Part shown: positions 26,035 to 39,900 of the stretch, piece after piece
Position numbering within the stretch: the first letter of the stretch is position 1
How the letters are laid out: each line of letters begins with the position of its first letter
Origin: Vicugna vicugna
Taxonomy: Eukaryota
Length of the DNA stretch: 64,000 nt
Direction: 5' to 3'
Assembly (NCBI GenBank): GCA_013265495.1
Contig: MU058636.1
Coordinates: forward strand, 7,394,295-7,458,294
The notes under the pieces: generated by a model
What the model saw: only the letters and a program-made list of their open reading frames with translations
Told to the model about the DNA's origin: nothing
Databases searched by the model: none
Made by a program: the position numbers and the translations under genes

Positions 26035-26425
26035 TGAGGATGGGGCCAGATTATGAAGGTTCTTGAAAACCCAGTAGAGGCAGTCTGCCTTAGGATGACG
26101 TAGACTGTGGACTCACTGTAGGTTTCTAAACACAAAATAGTGGCCAGAGCAGGTGGCATTTTAGAAAGGTGGCCGGGGGAGGTGGGTGGCCGGAGGATGC
26201 CTTCGAAACAGACTGGGAAGGAAGGGCAGTCGGATCTCCCTATCCACTGGTCCACAGCCAACCACAGCTACAGAACCCACGGATACAGACTGCGGGCAAT
26301 AGTGATGAATAATGCCATGAGGATGGAAATGAGAAGGCAGAACAGAAAGATGGCCAGGGTGGAGAAATGACAGAACTTTCTGTTTGATTAGGCGTGAGGG
26401 ATGGGGGAAAGGGAGGCCAAGGAGC
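26035..26425 (-). mobile_element. L2 LINE internal fragment
   Basis: Purine-rich L2 antisense pattern: ggggccagattatgaagg...cattttagaaagg...aatgacagaac...gatgggggaaagggagg. Confidence 0.55.
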
Positions 26426-26749
26426 CCCGCCTTCTGGTGCAGCCCTGACCTCTCTCTCTCCTCCGTGCAGTGACCACCCCGAGTCATGGAACTACCAGTC
26501 CCCACACTGAACAAAAGCATTCGTCTGCTCCTCCTCCTGTCCTCTGGTGACGTCACTACTGACCCACTCCCTGACAGGCTGGCCACTCATGGGCTTCTGT
26601 TTCTGGAAAGCCCTCCCCCACACCTCCGGCCACTCCCTGATGGGCTGGACGTGCCGGTGTGTCCCCCAGGGGACCCACTGGGCATTCCTCTCCTGGGGTA
26701 CGCACCTCAGGATGTTGTGACGATCTGCCCCCTTCTCTGTTCTGGGGCT

Positions 26750-26835
26750 GTGAATGGGCACCTCTGTGTCCCCAACACCCAGCCCAGCACCTGGCAAAGG
26801 GAAGATGCTGCAAGAACAAATAAATGAATGAGGGA
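26750..26835 (+). mobile_element. L2 3' end
   Basis: ctctgtgtccccaacacccagcccagcacctggca...aataaatgaatgag. Confidence 0.65.
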
Positions 26836-27234
26836 GGCAGACTCTCCCTTCAAAAGCTTGGATGAGAAAAGCTGCAGAGGGAGCCCAGGAGAGAGAAGGA
26901 GATGGGGCCAAGGGAGCACATTTGTTTCAGGAGGAAGATGTTCAAAGGCCACAGGGAAGGGGGATGTCAAGAGGATGAAGATACAAGAAAGAGGGAGCAA
27001 TGCCAGCTGGGGGTCCGGAGGGGGAGGGGACACGAGGCGACAGAGGCAAACCTTTTCAGGGGCTGGAAAATGGGGAGCAGTCTGGAAGTTGAATGAATTT
27101 ATGCCCTGCCACCTCATTTTTCAAAATAGGAGAAAAGGTCATATATCAAATAGCAAATTGAAACACGGAAAATATATATTTAAAAAAATAGAAGAAGTGA
27201 CAAAAGCGTAGAATAATTGTCAAGGAGAAAACGA

Positions 27235-27830
27235 TATAATTTATTGAGCACTTGGTATATGCTACGTGCTTTGGGCCAAACTGTGTCTTCCCCCAAAAAA
27301 AGCATATGTTGAAATCAGTACCTCCTAGCATCTCAGAATGTGCCTGCGCTTGAAGAGATTTACAGAGGTGATCAGGTTAAAATGAGGTCATTAGGGTGGG
27401 CCCTACTCCAATCTGACCGATGTCCTTCTAAGAAGAGGAAATTTGCACAGACACATGTGAAGACATAGAGAAGACGGCCGTGTACCAGTCAAGACGAGAG
27501 GTCTTGGAAAGAACCAAGCCCGCCAACACCTTGATCTGGGACTTCGAGCCTCCGACTTGTAAGACAATATTCTTCTGCTGTTTAAGCCTCCCAGTCTCTG
27601 GTGCTTTGTTACAGCTGCCCGAGCTCATTAATATACTGAACAAGGTGCTAAGAAGTTCAGCCCAGTTATCTCACTTAAATCAACAGCCCTACGGGGCAGG
27701 TGCCCCGGCTGTCCTCAGTCTGCAGTGAGGGAGCCAGGGGAGAGCTTGTGTGACATTTCTGAGGTCACAGCACCTGCACAGGAGCCCATCAGGCTGACTC
27801 CAGAGGCCAGAATCTACAACCACGAAACTC
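27235..27830 (-). mobile_element. MIR SINE split by an MLT1 LTR
   Basis: atttattgagcacttggtatatgc before the LTR; gtgctaagaag...tatctcacttaaatc...gaggtcacagc...ctgactccagaggcc after it. Confidence 0.7.
27267..27635 (+). mobile_element. MaLR solo LTR (MLT1B-like)
   Basis: catatgttgaaatc...ctcagaatgtg...gttaaaatgaggtcattagggtgggccct...caacaccttgatctgggacttc...ctgtttaagcctcccagtct. Confidence 0.9.
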
Positions 27831-30800
27831 CATGAGCAAAGACTGGGTAAGGGCTTGTCTCATGTAACTGTGATTGAAAACCACAGCTTTTTTGAAAGGC
27901 CATCAGTCCCCACCATGAACTATTTCTCCGACATCACTCAGCTGCCAGGGACAGGAGCAGAGAGGGCAGGGGGGCTCCGGGTGTGGACCAGGCACAGGAC
28001 AAAGGTGTCAGGCTCAGAGTGAGCAGGGAGCACACAGGAGCCACAGCGGACAGCCGGAGGAGTCTGGGGCTGAGACCCACCTGCTGTCCCACCCAGCTAG
28101 TCGGGGCCCCAGCCTGCCACGTGGGAAACACAGAGGGGCAGGAGATGACATCGGGAGGGCTGCCCACCCTTCTGGACAGGTCCAGGCAGCATGTGAAGGA
28201 GTTCCAGGACGCCCACCTCGTCCACAAGGGCAAAGGGGAAACCCAAGGACACCTCTGGAGCTGGACATCACCCACAAACCAACCCGTTTTCTACCAGAGT
28301 TCCAACACTGTCACTTTGTATAAAGTGGCTCTGAAACTGGGGGAAAAAAAGTTGGGGGGAGTGGATGCAACTCCCCGAGCAAGAGGATGAGTTTGCTTTT
28401 TAAAACCCTGAGTTCCAGCATCAGGCAGATCGGCTCAGGCTCCTGTTCCTGATTTCCTCACAGCTCTGTCCTAACTCACCTGAGATCAGCTCACAGATTT
28501 CACACGAGGGCTCGGTGCAAACCTGGTACCAAATGGCACATCTGGGCCAGTCTTTCTCAGTCCTTCGTGCGCCGACTCACCAGGTTAGGGGGCCCTGCCC
28601 TGTCTGAAAGTCAGGGGCCATTTACTTGACGTGACTGGGAGTCTTCACAGCCTCAAACCCAAAGCCCATCTCCCCCCACCGTGTGAGGGGACCTGCCCTC
28701 CAGCCTGAGTTCCCCACCAGAGTAGCACCTATGGCTTCACTGGGACACCGTCTTGTCAATGACACAGAGGGGACGCAGCCTGCCAGGGAACCCCTGGAGC
28801 ATCCTACAGCATGAAATGTTTATCCAATTGAGCTGTTTCCCCAGAGGTTCTAGGCTAGGGCTTTAAAGGATGAGACAGAGAAAAGGTTCTTTCTCAAGCA
28901 GCGTCGGGGTGGGTTTGGAGGCAGGGGAGGGAGGAGCCCAGTCCTGACCTGTTCGGACAGCCAGGGTGACCAAGGGGCATGGCCGGGTGAGGCGGGACTG
29001 GCCAGACAAGCCAAGCAGGGCGGGGTGGGGCGGCGGCACCAGAGTGGGAAAGCGCTCAGATGCTTCTCCATCCTCAGCGTCTCGCGGAGGCTGGCACGGA
29101 GCATCCCTCCTTTCCCTCACAACCTCAGCGACACTTCCATGCACCGTGGAGGACAAACCCTTGGCCGTGAGCTTGCGGCCAAGTTCTGTGAGTGATAATG
29201 ATGGAGGCTCTCCCAGCTCTTCAACTGCTCTTAGGTTTTCAATGAGGCTTTGTTGGAAACTGCACTGAAAAGCTCTTTCAGTCAATTCCAACCAGCGGAC
29301 CAGGACATTAATCACCACCAGCACAATGTCCTCCAACAATTAACACAGGCTTAGAGGGGACCCAGGGAGTTTAACCCCTGGCAGCACTGGACAACACTGG
29401 TTAAGGAACTACATCGGTAATATTGAAAGAGGCTCATCTGCGAAACTCAAACCTGCTCCAGATGTTAAAGAAAGACAAAGGTAAGATGCTATATTTCATA
29501 AATATATATGAATTCAAACTATGTTCTGCATATAAAAGTTACTTCACAAATATCAAGAAACTGGACATCAAAAATGCCTCTGGGTTATGCTTCCCCTTGA
29601 AGTGTCTGGGCAGATTGGGCAAGTTTTCTCTCTGCACAATTTCTGTGCCCCTTCCCCGGGGATGGGCGAGAGGAAAAGGTGTGTTAGCCACTCACGGCTC
29701 ACCCCAAGTGAGTCACCTGAGAGCAAGCAAAGGGTCTGTGTTTAAAAGGACTTCTCCCTGATGAGATATCCTTTGATGAATGAGTGTTGCAAAACACTTG
29801 CAACTCGAGCACACTGTCCCGTTGTTCCCGTACGAAACACTTGCTGATTGAAGGTATGTGCATTTCATACTGACCACCAGGTATGTTCTGACGACCTAGG
29901 TCTCTTCCATCCCCCAGATACCCTCAATAGCAAGAGTGAGGAAACCCCTACGATGTTGGAACACAGCCAGAGAGGGGTGTTCCAGTGACAAGGGAAGAGG
30001 CTGAGAAGAACAAATGACTATGTTTAGAAAACCCCAGCTCACATTTAACACTTGTCTGCTCGTCAGCAGGTTAAGTCATAATAAACCCATGGGTTACAGT
30101 TCACACTCAAGAATTAACCCCACACCCAGATGTCATCCCAGCAATGCAGAAAATGAGGGAGAACTATTCATTTCTTTTCTCCATGAGGAAAGTCAAGGTG
30201 GGAAGGAAGTTCAGAAACAATTTTAGGAACAGGACTAACCTATTCTACACGGTGGGGCCAACCACACTGGCACCAATTCCATGAGTGTTCAAATGCCAGC
30301 CCCACTTACAGCCTGGGGGGGGGGTGGTAATATGAAGCAGAATGGCACTGGCCTTCAGTGAAACCTTAATGTCTTGTTCCTAATGATTCATTATAAATTG
30401 GTGTCAATTTTAAATGCATCACTGTATTGATGTGATATAAATAATACATGAAGAAAACACTTGCCCATTTAAGAAGAATTGATTTTCTGCTTTGTGCAAT
30501 TTGGTGCCTCCTTTATTCAATAAGCCGGCATGCATTACTTTTATACAAGCCAGATTTCTGTACTGTAACCTTGCTCCTTAAAACAAGATTATAGTTAAGG
30601 GCGGGAAACTCAGAAATGATCCTTAGCAGGATAATTTGCCACTGTTAACAATGCAATAGAATGGAAAAACACCCAAAACGGCAGCATGTAATACCACATT
30701 CGTCCACGTGGTGCCACTAGAACTCCAGGAAAGGCAAACAGCTTCCTGATTACATCAGACTTCTTTTTTTCCTTTTAAATGCCCCCATTCCATGGAAAAA

Positions 30801-30917
30801 TTTTTACAAAATGAGAATGGCATGAATTAGAACAATGGGATTGTTTTCTAACAGAGTTATAAACTCAGGTTAACTCCAAACACTATACACACCTACGACA
30901 TAAACTACTAGTGAGAG

Positions 30918-31130
30918 TAATAACCAGCATTTATTGAGTACAAGCACTGCGCTAAATGCTTCAACATCTCGGCTCATCTAAGTCTTATGACATTATCTTA
31001 CTTGAATGGTAATCATATCCATTTGTTTTTAAAATGAGGGATCTGAGCCTCCCAGAGTTTAGTAACTTCCCAAGCTGTCCCCAGTGCACAGAGAGGGAGG
31101 GAAGCCATGTCTCTGCCTAGAAGACTCTGG
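30918..31130 (-). mobile_element. MIR SINE
   Basis: agcatttattgagt...gcactgcgctaaatgcttc...aaatgagggatctgagcctcccagagtttagtaacttcccaag. Confidence 0.75.
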
Positions 31131-31949
31131 TCCAGCTGGGAGACAGGCCTCACCCATGAAAAGGCAGCAGTCCCGGGCTGCAAACCGGTGCCAAGTGGCT
31201 GTCCAGTGATGTTAAAGGCCACATAATCCTGTCCGTGAACCACGAGGCAAGAGGCTCATCGCTGAGGCCTCCTGGGAGACAAGGGATGCCAGCTGACCCT
31301 CACAGGGGTCAGATCCAAGACTACCAGAAAGAGAACGTGCAAGTGGGGGAGGGGCAGAAAGCTTGTTAAGCGCCCCCACCCTCGCTTGGCAGACGCTTCA
31401 CAGCCAACCCACAAGCTCTACAGTTCCCAGAGCTCTCCTTTCCTGTGAGATCCCCAAAGGCCCACCCATTTCTCACTGCCTTCCACTCCCAGTGCCAAAG
31501 GACTGACTCACGGCATTTGGGGCTAAAAAGGAACAGACTGGACTTTTTTTTTTCTTTCTTCTTTTCAAAAGATGCTGAGTTGGCTTTTCGGTCAAATGAT
31601 GATGATTCATCGAGAACAAATCCCGGTGGTGAAAGGCCAATCGCGGTCATTTACCTCATTCAAATCTTAACAGCTGGAGAGCAGAGGGCTTCTGCAATGT
31701 GTTAGCCGGCTGGAGGGCTGACAACGACCTTTGTCTCCAGAGAGACGACCACATGCAGGCGGCGGGCCCCCTCCTCCAGAATGAGGAGGGTTCTCTGAGC
31801 ACACACCCCCCACCCCACATCAAGTCGGCTGGGATCCCAGCACACAGGTTCTTTTGTCATGTTGGCTATACCCTACCACAACCTGAAGTTCCCAGTTGGA
31901 AATACAATGAAATTTCATATGCTTGGGACTAAAAGGAGAAACCCTCTCA

Positions 31950-32685
31950 TTTTTTTTTAATTCTGATAAAATACACTAACATGAAATTTATCCTCTTAAT
32001 CTTTTTCAAGCTGACAGTTCGGTAGTGTTCAGTACCTTCATATTGTTGTGCATCCATCTCCAAAACTCTACTTATCTCGCAAAACTAAAATCCTGTACCT
32101 GTGAAGCAATAACTCCCCATTCTTCCCTCCCCCTGGCAACTACCATTCTTCTTTCTGTCTCTAGGAATTGGAATAGTCTAGGTATCTCATATAAGTGGAA
32201 AAGAAGGTATCTGTCTTTTTGTGACTGGCTTATCTCACTTCGCATAATGTCTTCAACGTTCATCAATGTTGTCGCCTGTGTCAGAATTTCCTTCCTTTCT
32301 AAGGCTGAATAAATATTCCATTGTATGTTTACACCACATTTTGTTTATCCATTCTTGTACTGATTGATACTTCCACCTTTTGACTATTCTGAATAAGGCT
32401 GCCATGAACATGGGGGTACAAATATTTCCTTAAGACCGTGCTTGCAATTCCTTTGGGCATACATTTAGAAGTGGAATTGCTGGATCACATGGTAAATCTA
32501 TTTTGAAGTTTTTGAGTAATTACCATACTGTTTTCCATAACAGCTGCACCCTTTTACATCCTCACCAACCGTGCACAAGAGTTGAATTTCTCCACATTCT
32601 CGCCAACACTTGTTATTTTCTGTTGTTGGGTATTCTGTGGGTTTTTTTTTTTTTTAATAGTAGCTATCCTAGTGGATACTATGTG
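31950..32685 (-). mobile_element. LINE-1 3' fragment (L1MB-like), sense to DCLK1
   Basis: Starts with poly(T); cccctggcaactaccattct, ttttgtgactggcttatctcactt, gtggaattgctggatca. The minus ORF MMNVEDIMRSEISQSQKD is an ORF2 C-terminus relic. Confidence 0.92.
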
Positions 32686-33544
32686 AACCTTTTAAAACTC
32701 TTTCCAAGGTTGAAATTGTATGAAAAAGCCCCAAGTATAAAACATTGCAGTAGTACTTCCTGTGATAGAAATGCATCATAGATTTAAGACCCAAATCGCT
32801 TACTGACTCTGGATTCCACCACACACACCACCTGGGAGAACGTAGGTCAGAACAGAAGGGCATAGGGATGGGGTCCCGGCCCCCTCTGGTCAGCTCTTTG
32901 CACAAGAAAGAAGGGACCAGGAATCTGCCCACCTATGTGAGAGCAACCAATTTAAGTGAATTCCAATTTAGTAAAGTCAGAATTCATGAAGTTCCCACAA
33001 TGGGCCCACAATGAGAACACAATGGGAAGGGTAACAAAACAAAACAAAAAGTACTATAAATAACGCAACACAAGTGAACGCTTTTCAGTCTTCAGATTTG
33101 GAATACGATACTTCAGAAATTTAGAACTGGATGCTAACTCACATTCTCTGGGGGAGATACAAAGGATTCTGGAGTGTTTGGTTTCCCAAATCCAATTATT
33201 ATTCCCTTACTAGGGTGAGTGGCTTTTTTGTCTGCTTTATCTCCCAAGCTTCCTGTGGGGTCCAGAATTATTTCAAAAAGTCAAGAGATACACAGGAAGA
33301 TCTCTCTCCCAGAGCTTCTTTTCTGTTGGTTGAGAGTTAACCTCTGGAAAGCACTTCCACCAAGGAGCCAAACACCGTCAGACTCACGCTGGGCTTGGCC
33401 ACCACCTCTTAGTCCTTCTGCTACCTCTCGACCTTCCGTTACCAAGCCCATGCGTGGAGCCAAATTCAGTGGAGACTCCTTCCCCTGAATACTTCCAACA
33501 GGAAGTTAAGGATTGCCACACAAGAGGAACTAGCCAATACAGGA

Positions 33545-33725
33545 GACTGCAGTGAACTGCAGTCTAGAAATCTGGGTTCAACTTGACCCTCCTGACTGCG
33601 GGCAAATGGCTCAATCTCTCTGAACCTCCATCTTCTCAACTGTAAAATGGGATGGGTACCACTTACCCCCGATAGTGCAGATCTCAGCACCACCTTTGGC
33701 ATACCGCTGGTTGTTAATAAATGAT
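33545..33725 (+). mobile_element. MIR SINE
   Basis: ctgggttcaact...gggcaaatggctcaatctctctgaacctccatcttctcaactgtaaaatggg. Confidence 0.75.
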
Positions 33726-36699
33726 CAAAAATCATTGATTTTTACAAGCAGAGACTAGCAGAATAATCCCGGAAAGCTCCCTTTTGGTTGCTGACCCCTA
33801 AGGTGGGTGTCTGTCTTGGAGCTGAGGCTTCAGTGTCCACAAAACAAATGCTAATGTTACGGAATCTTTGGACATCCTCTCAAGGTCTCTGAGAGAGAGC
33901 AGCCCCCCCTGCCCCCGCCGTGAGACCAGGATGAAGCCATCCTTAGCCTCACGTCCTCCACTCAGACCAGGATGAAGCTGCTCTGGGTGCTTTCCACTTC
34001 GGTGGCGGTTACTCCACAAAGTGTTGGGGAGACGAAATCATGGCTTCACAGGTCCCCCAAATCCTGCAGGGGTGAAAGAGGGCAGTTCCTCTCCTCTCCC
34101 TGACATGCTGTCAGGCTGGGCACAGCAAACCATCAACTCTGGAGTTCCAGAAACAGCCATACTCAAACCTCCTGCACCCTCTGACTCTGCTTGTCTGATT
34201 CAATTTCTCCCTTTTCTGTCTATGTAGGATAATTCTGCCACCATCAGCCTTTAAGGGAAAGGGGGAAATGCTCTGCAGAGAGAAATTCTCCACGTGTCCT
34301 TCCCTTTTTCCATCTGTATTCGTTTTCCTCTATGATTTTCTACAATTCCCCTGATCCAAGTATCACCTTTCTGCCCGCCCACCCCCCCCCAACCAGGCTC
34401 CTCTCCCAGTTAATGCCCCGCCCACCTATCCTACCTCACGGCCCCTTCCTCCCTTGGCTCTAGCACTAAACAGCCCCCATCCCTGCCCCAACACACACAC
34501 ACACTCTAGAAGCTCCTGTGTGTCAGCGCCCTGGTCCCAGCAGCACCATAATCATGTCTCTGCAGTGCCTGCCATCACCATGGAAACGGGCCTTTGCAGG
34601 CACTATAGGCAGAAACAGCCATTACCGTGGCTAGTACCTGTCGATCCACACGTGAGTGTGTGCTTAAAATAGAAGTTCTTCAAATAAAAACAGCAATTGG
34701 GGAAATCTGGAAATCTTTCTGACTACGGATTCATTTAGCCCTGCTGCCAGCTGACCTCCCTTTCACACCGTCTTTCTCCACTGTTGCTCCTAACCGAGGT
34801 GTGGAAAGCCAGTAAGCCAGTTCTCCCTGGAAACAATGGCTCCTGCAAGGGGGATTAGCCATCCTTAGGGATTTTTAGGTTACGAGGATCAACAATAGCA
34901 GGTGTGGCACTGGCAGTCCCTTTAAAAAATCTGACACTGATCCCTGTTTTCTGGTTTAAAAAAAAAAATTAGGACACGGAAAATACAAAAGAGAAGAGAG
35001 TATTTAGGAACTGATGAAGTGAAATGCTATTCAAAAGAGGCTAAAACATAAACACCAGGAAAGCAGAGGAAGTTGGGAAAGACAGCTGGCTGTGGAGCCC
35101 CGTTAGTTTGCAATTGGCAAGGCGGGTAAGTGACTAAGGGTAACTGACAGCTTTCCAGGCACTGTAACTGGTTACTGAGAGCAGAGGGTGGCTACCTGCC
35201 TTGGCCCCTGGGGGACCGGGGGTTAGGGGCCTGTGGGTCACGAAGAGGCTGGTGATGGGCCACGGAGTCCAAGCTGCCTCCTCCAGGGCTTCCACTCCTC
35301 CTTCTCCAGAACCTCCCTCCTCTCTGGCCAGGTGGCAATGCCAACTAGCGTAACATTAAGGGTTGGTTCTAAAATTTATATTTGCTCCCCAAAAAAGTTT
35401 ATTCTCATAGGAGATAGATATTTTTATTGGTAAGAAATTCACACCTTTAGTATAGCAGTATCACTATTCCTGTTTATCCCCAGATTTAGGGAGAAATAAA
35501 AAAAATCCAAATAATCACAATCAGGGAGCCAGAGAAGATATCAAGAGTTCATAAGGTCTAGCCACACTTAGAAGACGGACAGACTACATTATCCCCATTT
35601 CAAAAGAGGCAAGGGAGGGCCAGGAAGTTGGGGATTTAGTACTGAACTCAGCCTAGCAAGTGACCCCTTAAATCCTGGTATAACTTATTTCTGTTACACC
35701 TTCTCATGGCCTTCATTGCTGTATCTTGGCCTTTATACATACTTTTAAGCAGATCTGAATGGCCAGTTACAATCAAAAGCACATACTGAGGACTCAGAAC
35801 CAATCACCTCTTTCATAAAAACTGCAATGTTCATCGTGTGGCTGAGGCTGCTTCTCGGGGTGGTTTCTTATGTGGATCACTACCATCTTGCAGCACCTGC
35901 CATCCTCCTTGAAGTAAATGACTTGGAACTGGGGTGGCTGGAGAAATGCAGACACCGTTGGGACCCTCATGATCTTAAGAGGCATACCAAGATCCTTCTG
36001 TGAGCAACGGGCTCCACTGGTAAGTAGACCTACCCCCTAGGTTTTCCAGTAGGTAAACTAGACAGTGACAGCATGCTTGATGCGTCCAGCCACAGGACAC
36101 GGGGAGGGGGCACCCATAGAAGAAAGGGAAACATGATAGGAAGGCAAGGTCCATTGCCTCGAGGAAGTCTGGATAATATTTTTTTAATCATTTATGTTTG
36201 CATGGGGAACGTTTAACACTTCCACAAAAGCTCCATTTTCCTAATGATACTATGTGTAGAAAAATCTCAGAATGACTTGCCCTTTCCTGTGCTCTTAGTA
36301 ACTGAGCAGAGGAAGGGGTGGGAAATGAGGGTGGTTAGAGCTGGAGACCCACTCAGAATGAAATACTGATGGTGACTTCTCCCTAAGACAGGGAGACGCC
36401 CACAGATGGCCAACCAACAGCTTCTCACATGACCACGGAAGACACATGTCTCCAGGTGCCTGCACCCTGGGGCAGCTGGGCCACGGTGTCCAGAAGGACT
36501 CAGGCAGGTCACCCAGAGACCGAGGGCCAACCCAGCCGTGCAGTCGCCAAAGCGCCAGGACCATCCCTCCACAGCAAAGTGCATTCCTGCAGGTCCAGCT
36601 GCTTCCTGCAGCAAATTGAGGTTTCATCCCTCGCCGCACTCCTCCAGGGATGGGGAGACGTACGGGACAGTCTTAGCCAAGAGAAATGCTTTCCTTTTT

Positions 36700-36930
36700 T
36701 ATTCATTTTTATTCATAGCAGTGAGGTGCTAGACACTGGGCTTAATCTTTCCATACACACCGTCTCATTTCATATTAAAAATGACCCTGAGGAGGATCAC
36801 CGCCCTGTCTCTTTACAGATGAAGTGGAAAGAGGCTGGGAGAAGACACCTACCCAGCCCTGAGTGATGAGGCCATGAGCAGGGCAGCCAAGCCGGAATCC
36901 AAGTCTGTAAAACTCGCCGCTACTCCCTCA
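36700..36930 (-). mobile_element. MIR SINE
   Basis: gtgctagacactgggctta...tctcatttcat...ctttacagatgaagtggaaagaggct...ggaatccaagtctg. Confidence 0.65.
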
Positions 36931-39900
36931 TACTGTAGGTAATTCAATACAATGCGCTTCCAAGGCCAAAAGCTTACAGTGAGGAGAGGTACTCTGCTAA
37001 TAGATTTCCCAGGTCTGAACATTTCCAGAACTTTTATGGTATGCTCTCCGCACTGCTTCCCAGTTCTTTTCCACTAGGGCCAAGGAGCAGCCCCCATCCT
37101 CAGAGGGCCGGGGACTGAGCCCAGCTGGCTGCAGGCTGTGCTAGTGATGCTGGGGCCAGCCTCCCAGTGGACCTACTTCCGGGCCTCACTTTTGGGCATC
37201 CTTTGCCCCTTCTCTTTCAGTTACATCTCTTCTTTTTCCTGGCACCTCCCAGGGCAGCCAGCCCTTGTATTCCTCCCTCCATCTGTCAGCGACTGGGGCG
37301 CCACTGTCCTCAAGGCCGGGGTAGATCAGCCTGCCCACACGCTGGCTGAGCCGCAGCAAAGGACCAGCCCCCAAGTGTGAGAGCCGCAGGCTGACATCAG
37401 TGCCCGCAGTGGGGACAAGGCGCCTGGGCTGCAGGCGACACGTGTCGCTCACGCATGAGGCTGGGGAGCCCGTTTTGCACCAGTGCTGTGCAGCCAGCTG
37501 CTCCCGGTGCTCCCATCACCAGTGCCAGCCCTGCCCGGCCGCATCCCAGGAAAGCCACCTACAAGATGCCTGCCCACCCCTCCACCAAGCCGCCCACCCA
37601 GATGCCAAGTCAGAGTTTCGGAGGGAAAAGTATCAACTCAGTTTTTGATTCACATCTCACAGGTGAATATTTATTCTACCATTTATGAAAATCCAAAAGA
37701 ACAGCCTAACAGAGCTTCCCCACCGCACGCAAACGGCCAGCCTTCCTTTCACTCATTCGGTCTCAGTCGCGGGTTTTGCAACAGCTGACCCGAAGTTCCA
37801 GAAACTGGTTACTCCTCACTGTCTTCTGAAATGCTAGCGCGTCTTGATAAAGAGCGGTTGCCATGGAGATGACAAAGGAACATCACCCGTGTTGCTGTGA
37901 GCTTCTGATTTTATCCTGAACCATTAGCTTTCACCCACCGCTCATTCATTATTCATTTGCAGTAAGGAAATGGCTGCAGCCCAGAACATTTCGGAGGACC
38001 TGCATCAGTGCAGATGCCCAGAACAGCACACAGGGCCGAGGGACGCCAACTCTGGGATTTAAAGAGTCATCGGAAATTACATCCTAGCGCACTCCTGTCT
38101 GCGAGCACATCTTCCACAATGAAAATCTGAATTTTCAACATATGATAAAGGAGGAATTTTACAAATTATTCCATGAGTTAGAGGATAATGGGGTACAGCA
38201 CCTATGCCCACCACACTGCTGTTTCTGAGTTGATTTCCCCCACCCCTCCCATGAATGACCCCCTTACAATTTATGTACCGGAAAAGTTTATGAGAATTTA
38301 ATTTTTGTAAAAGATATATACTTTGGAATTTCAGAACATGACCCTTATAGAGACTTTTCCACATTTTTCACCTTTGAGGAAAAATAATCTTCAATCTTAA
38401 AAAAATAACTGATATATGATAAACTAAGAGTTGATAAATGCCAGACATAATTATTGCACTAGGAAAGGGGAATGCCTAGATCACAAATTACCTTCTTTTT
38501 AAAAAAGAAACACAACTCTGAGGTAGCCCATTTTAATTGCGTCCTTTTATATACGTTTAATAAAAATGTGAAAATTACATGTGACAGCAGAACTCTTGTA
38601 ACGATATTGTAATAAGCATAGAAAATACATTTATGGTCCTAGGTCCTAGTTGCCAACAATGTCTCCCTTTTAAAACCATGTATGTGTTAATTGTCCCCAA
38701 GGATATAAAAAATAGATTTAATATCCAAACACAATCTGTACAAATGCTAAACACCAAAATACAAGTTTTTTAAAAACTAATATTTGTGTCTAACATATTT
38801 TCTGATACTAAAAAGCTATGGCATCTATTCATTACCTGTAGTTTGAAACATCAGAGCCCTGCAGCCACCACTCTCTCTATTTTTGAAACAACCCTTTGCA
38901 CATCCTGCCCTGGGGAGCACTAAAGGTCGCACGGCTTTTAAAGGCAGCCCCAGACTTTCCCAACCTCAGCAGTTCTGTCAATAAATCAAGGCTAGGGACC
39001 GTTTCTCAGCAGTAAAGGAATTTAAACTTCAGCGACTATTTTAAAGTACTGAAAGAAACAGAAAATACAGGGCAACAGGTAGGAAAGGAAACGGGCCTCT
39101 TTTCCTACCAAGAGAGAAAGCACCTTTCACACCTGGCCCAGGTGAGAATGCAGCCAGCATCCTCAAAAAGCCTCCATATTTTCAAGGACTTTGGAATGCC
39201 CAGCCTCCCATAGAGGGGACACTCTTCTGTGTCCCTGAACATCTATCACATCTGACTCCTTGGCCCTTGCTCTCCGCTCTGCCTAGAGGGTCTCTCGTGG
39301 TCCCTCTGTCCACCTGCTGCAAGGCCCCCAGGTTTGATCTCCCCCTTGGCCCTTCCCCCCAACTCCCCACCAACATGTCTTTGCCTTTGTTGGAACTCGT
39401 CTTGCACTCTGAGACGGTGGTTCTCAGTGTAAGAGAACCCTTTCTCCCCCTAGTTCCCACACATAGAATCTATAGCCTCTGGTAAATGTGTTCCACTTTA
39501 GGCCGGGCTTGGAAATCTCTAGACTCCTCCCAGCACCTGGGTGGAGCTGTCCACACTCACTCACCACCCCTGATGAAGTCAGGGCACATGGTTTCCAAGC
39601 TCATTTTGAATTCCAAGTAAGCCTTTCTATGTTAATGGCTTTTTTGTTTTTGTTTTTGTTTTTTTAAACAGATAACCAACACTGCGGAATTTTTTTAGGG
39701 AGATATTTACAAATATTTCAACCAAGTTAGTTAGAATCTGATGAGTTCTCTGATACATCATATCCACCAAGTAAGCCTGGAGAATAAAAAGCTGACTACG
39801 GAGAGTGACATTTTCAAATTCCTGTGCAGTGTGGTGGCCGCTTCTGGTTTCTTCATGAACTAGGTTCCCGAAGGGGCGAGAGGACTTACCTTCCCCTTGG

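Noticed and set aside
25042..29339. Many overlapping 100-158 aa ORFs
   Set aside because: No recognisable domains, present on both strands, and partly in L2/MLT relics. This is expected in GC-rich non-coding DNA.
31595..31725. C/D snoRNA-like ATGATGA...CTGA
   Set aside because: Antisense to the host gene, with no terminal stem or recognisable guide.
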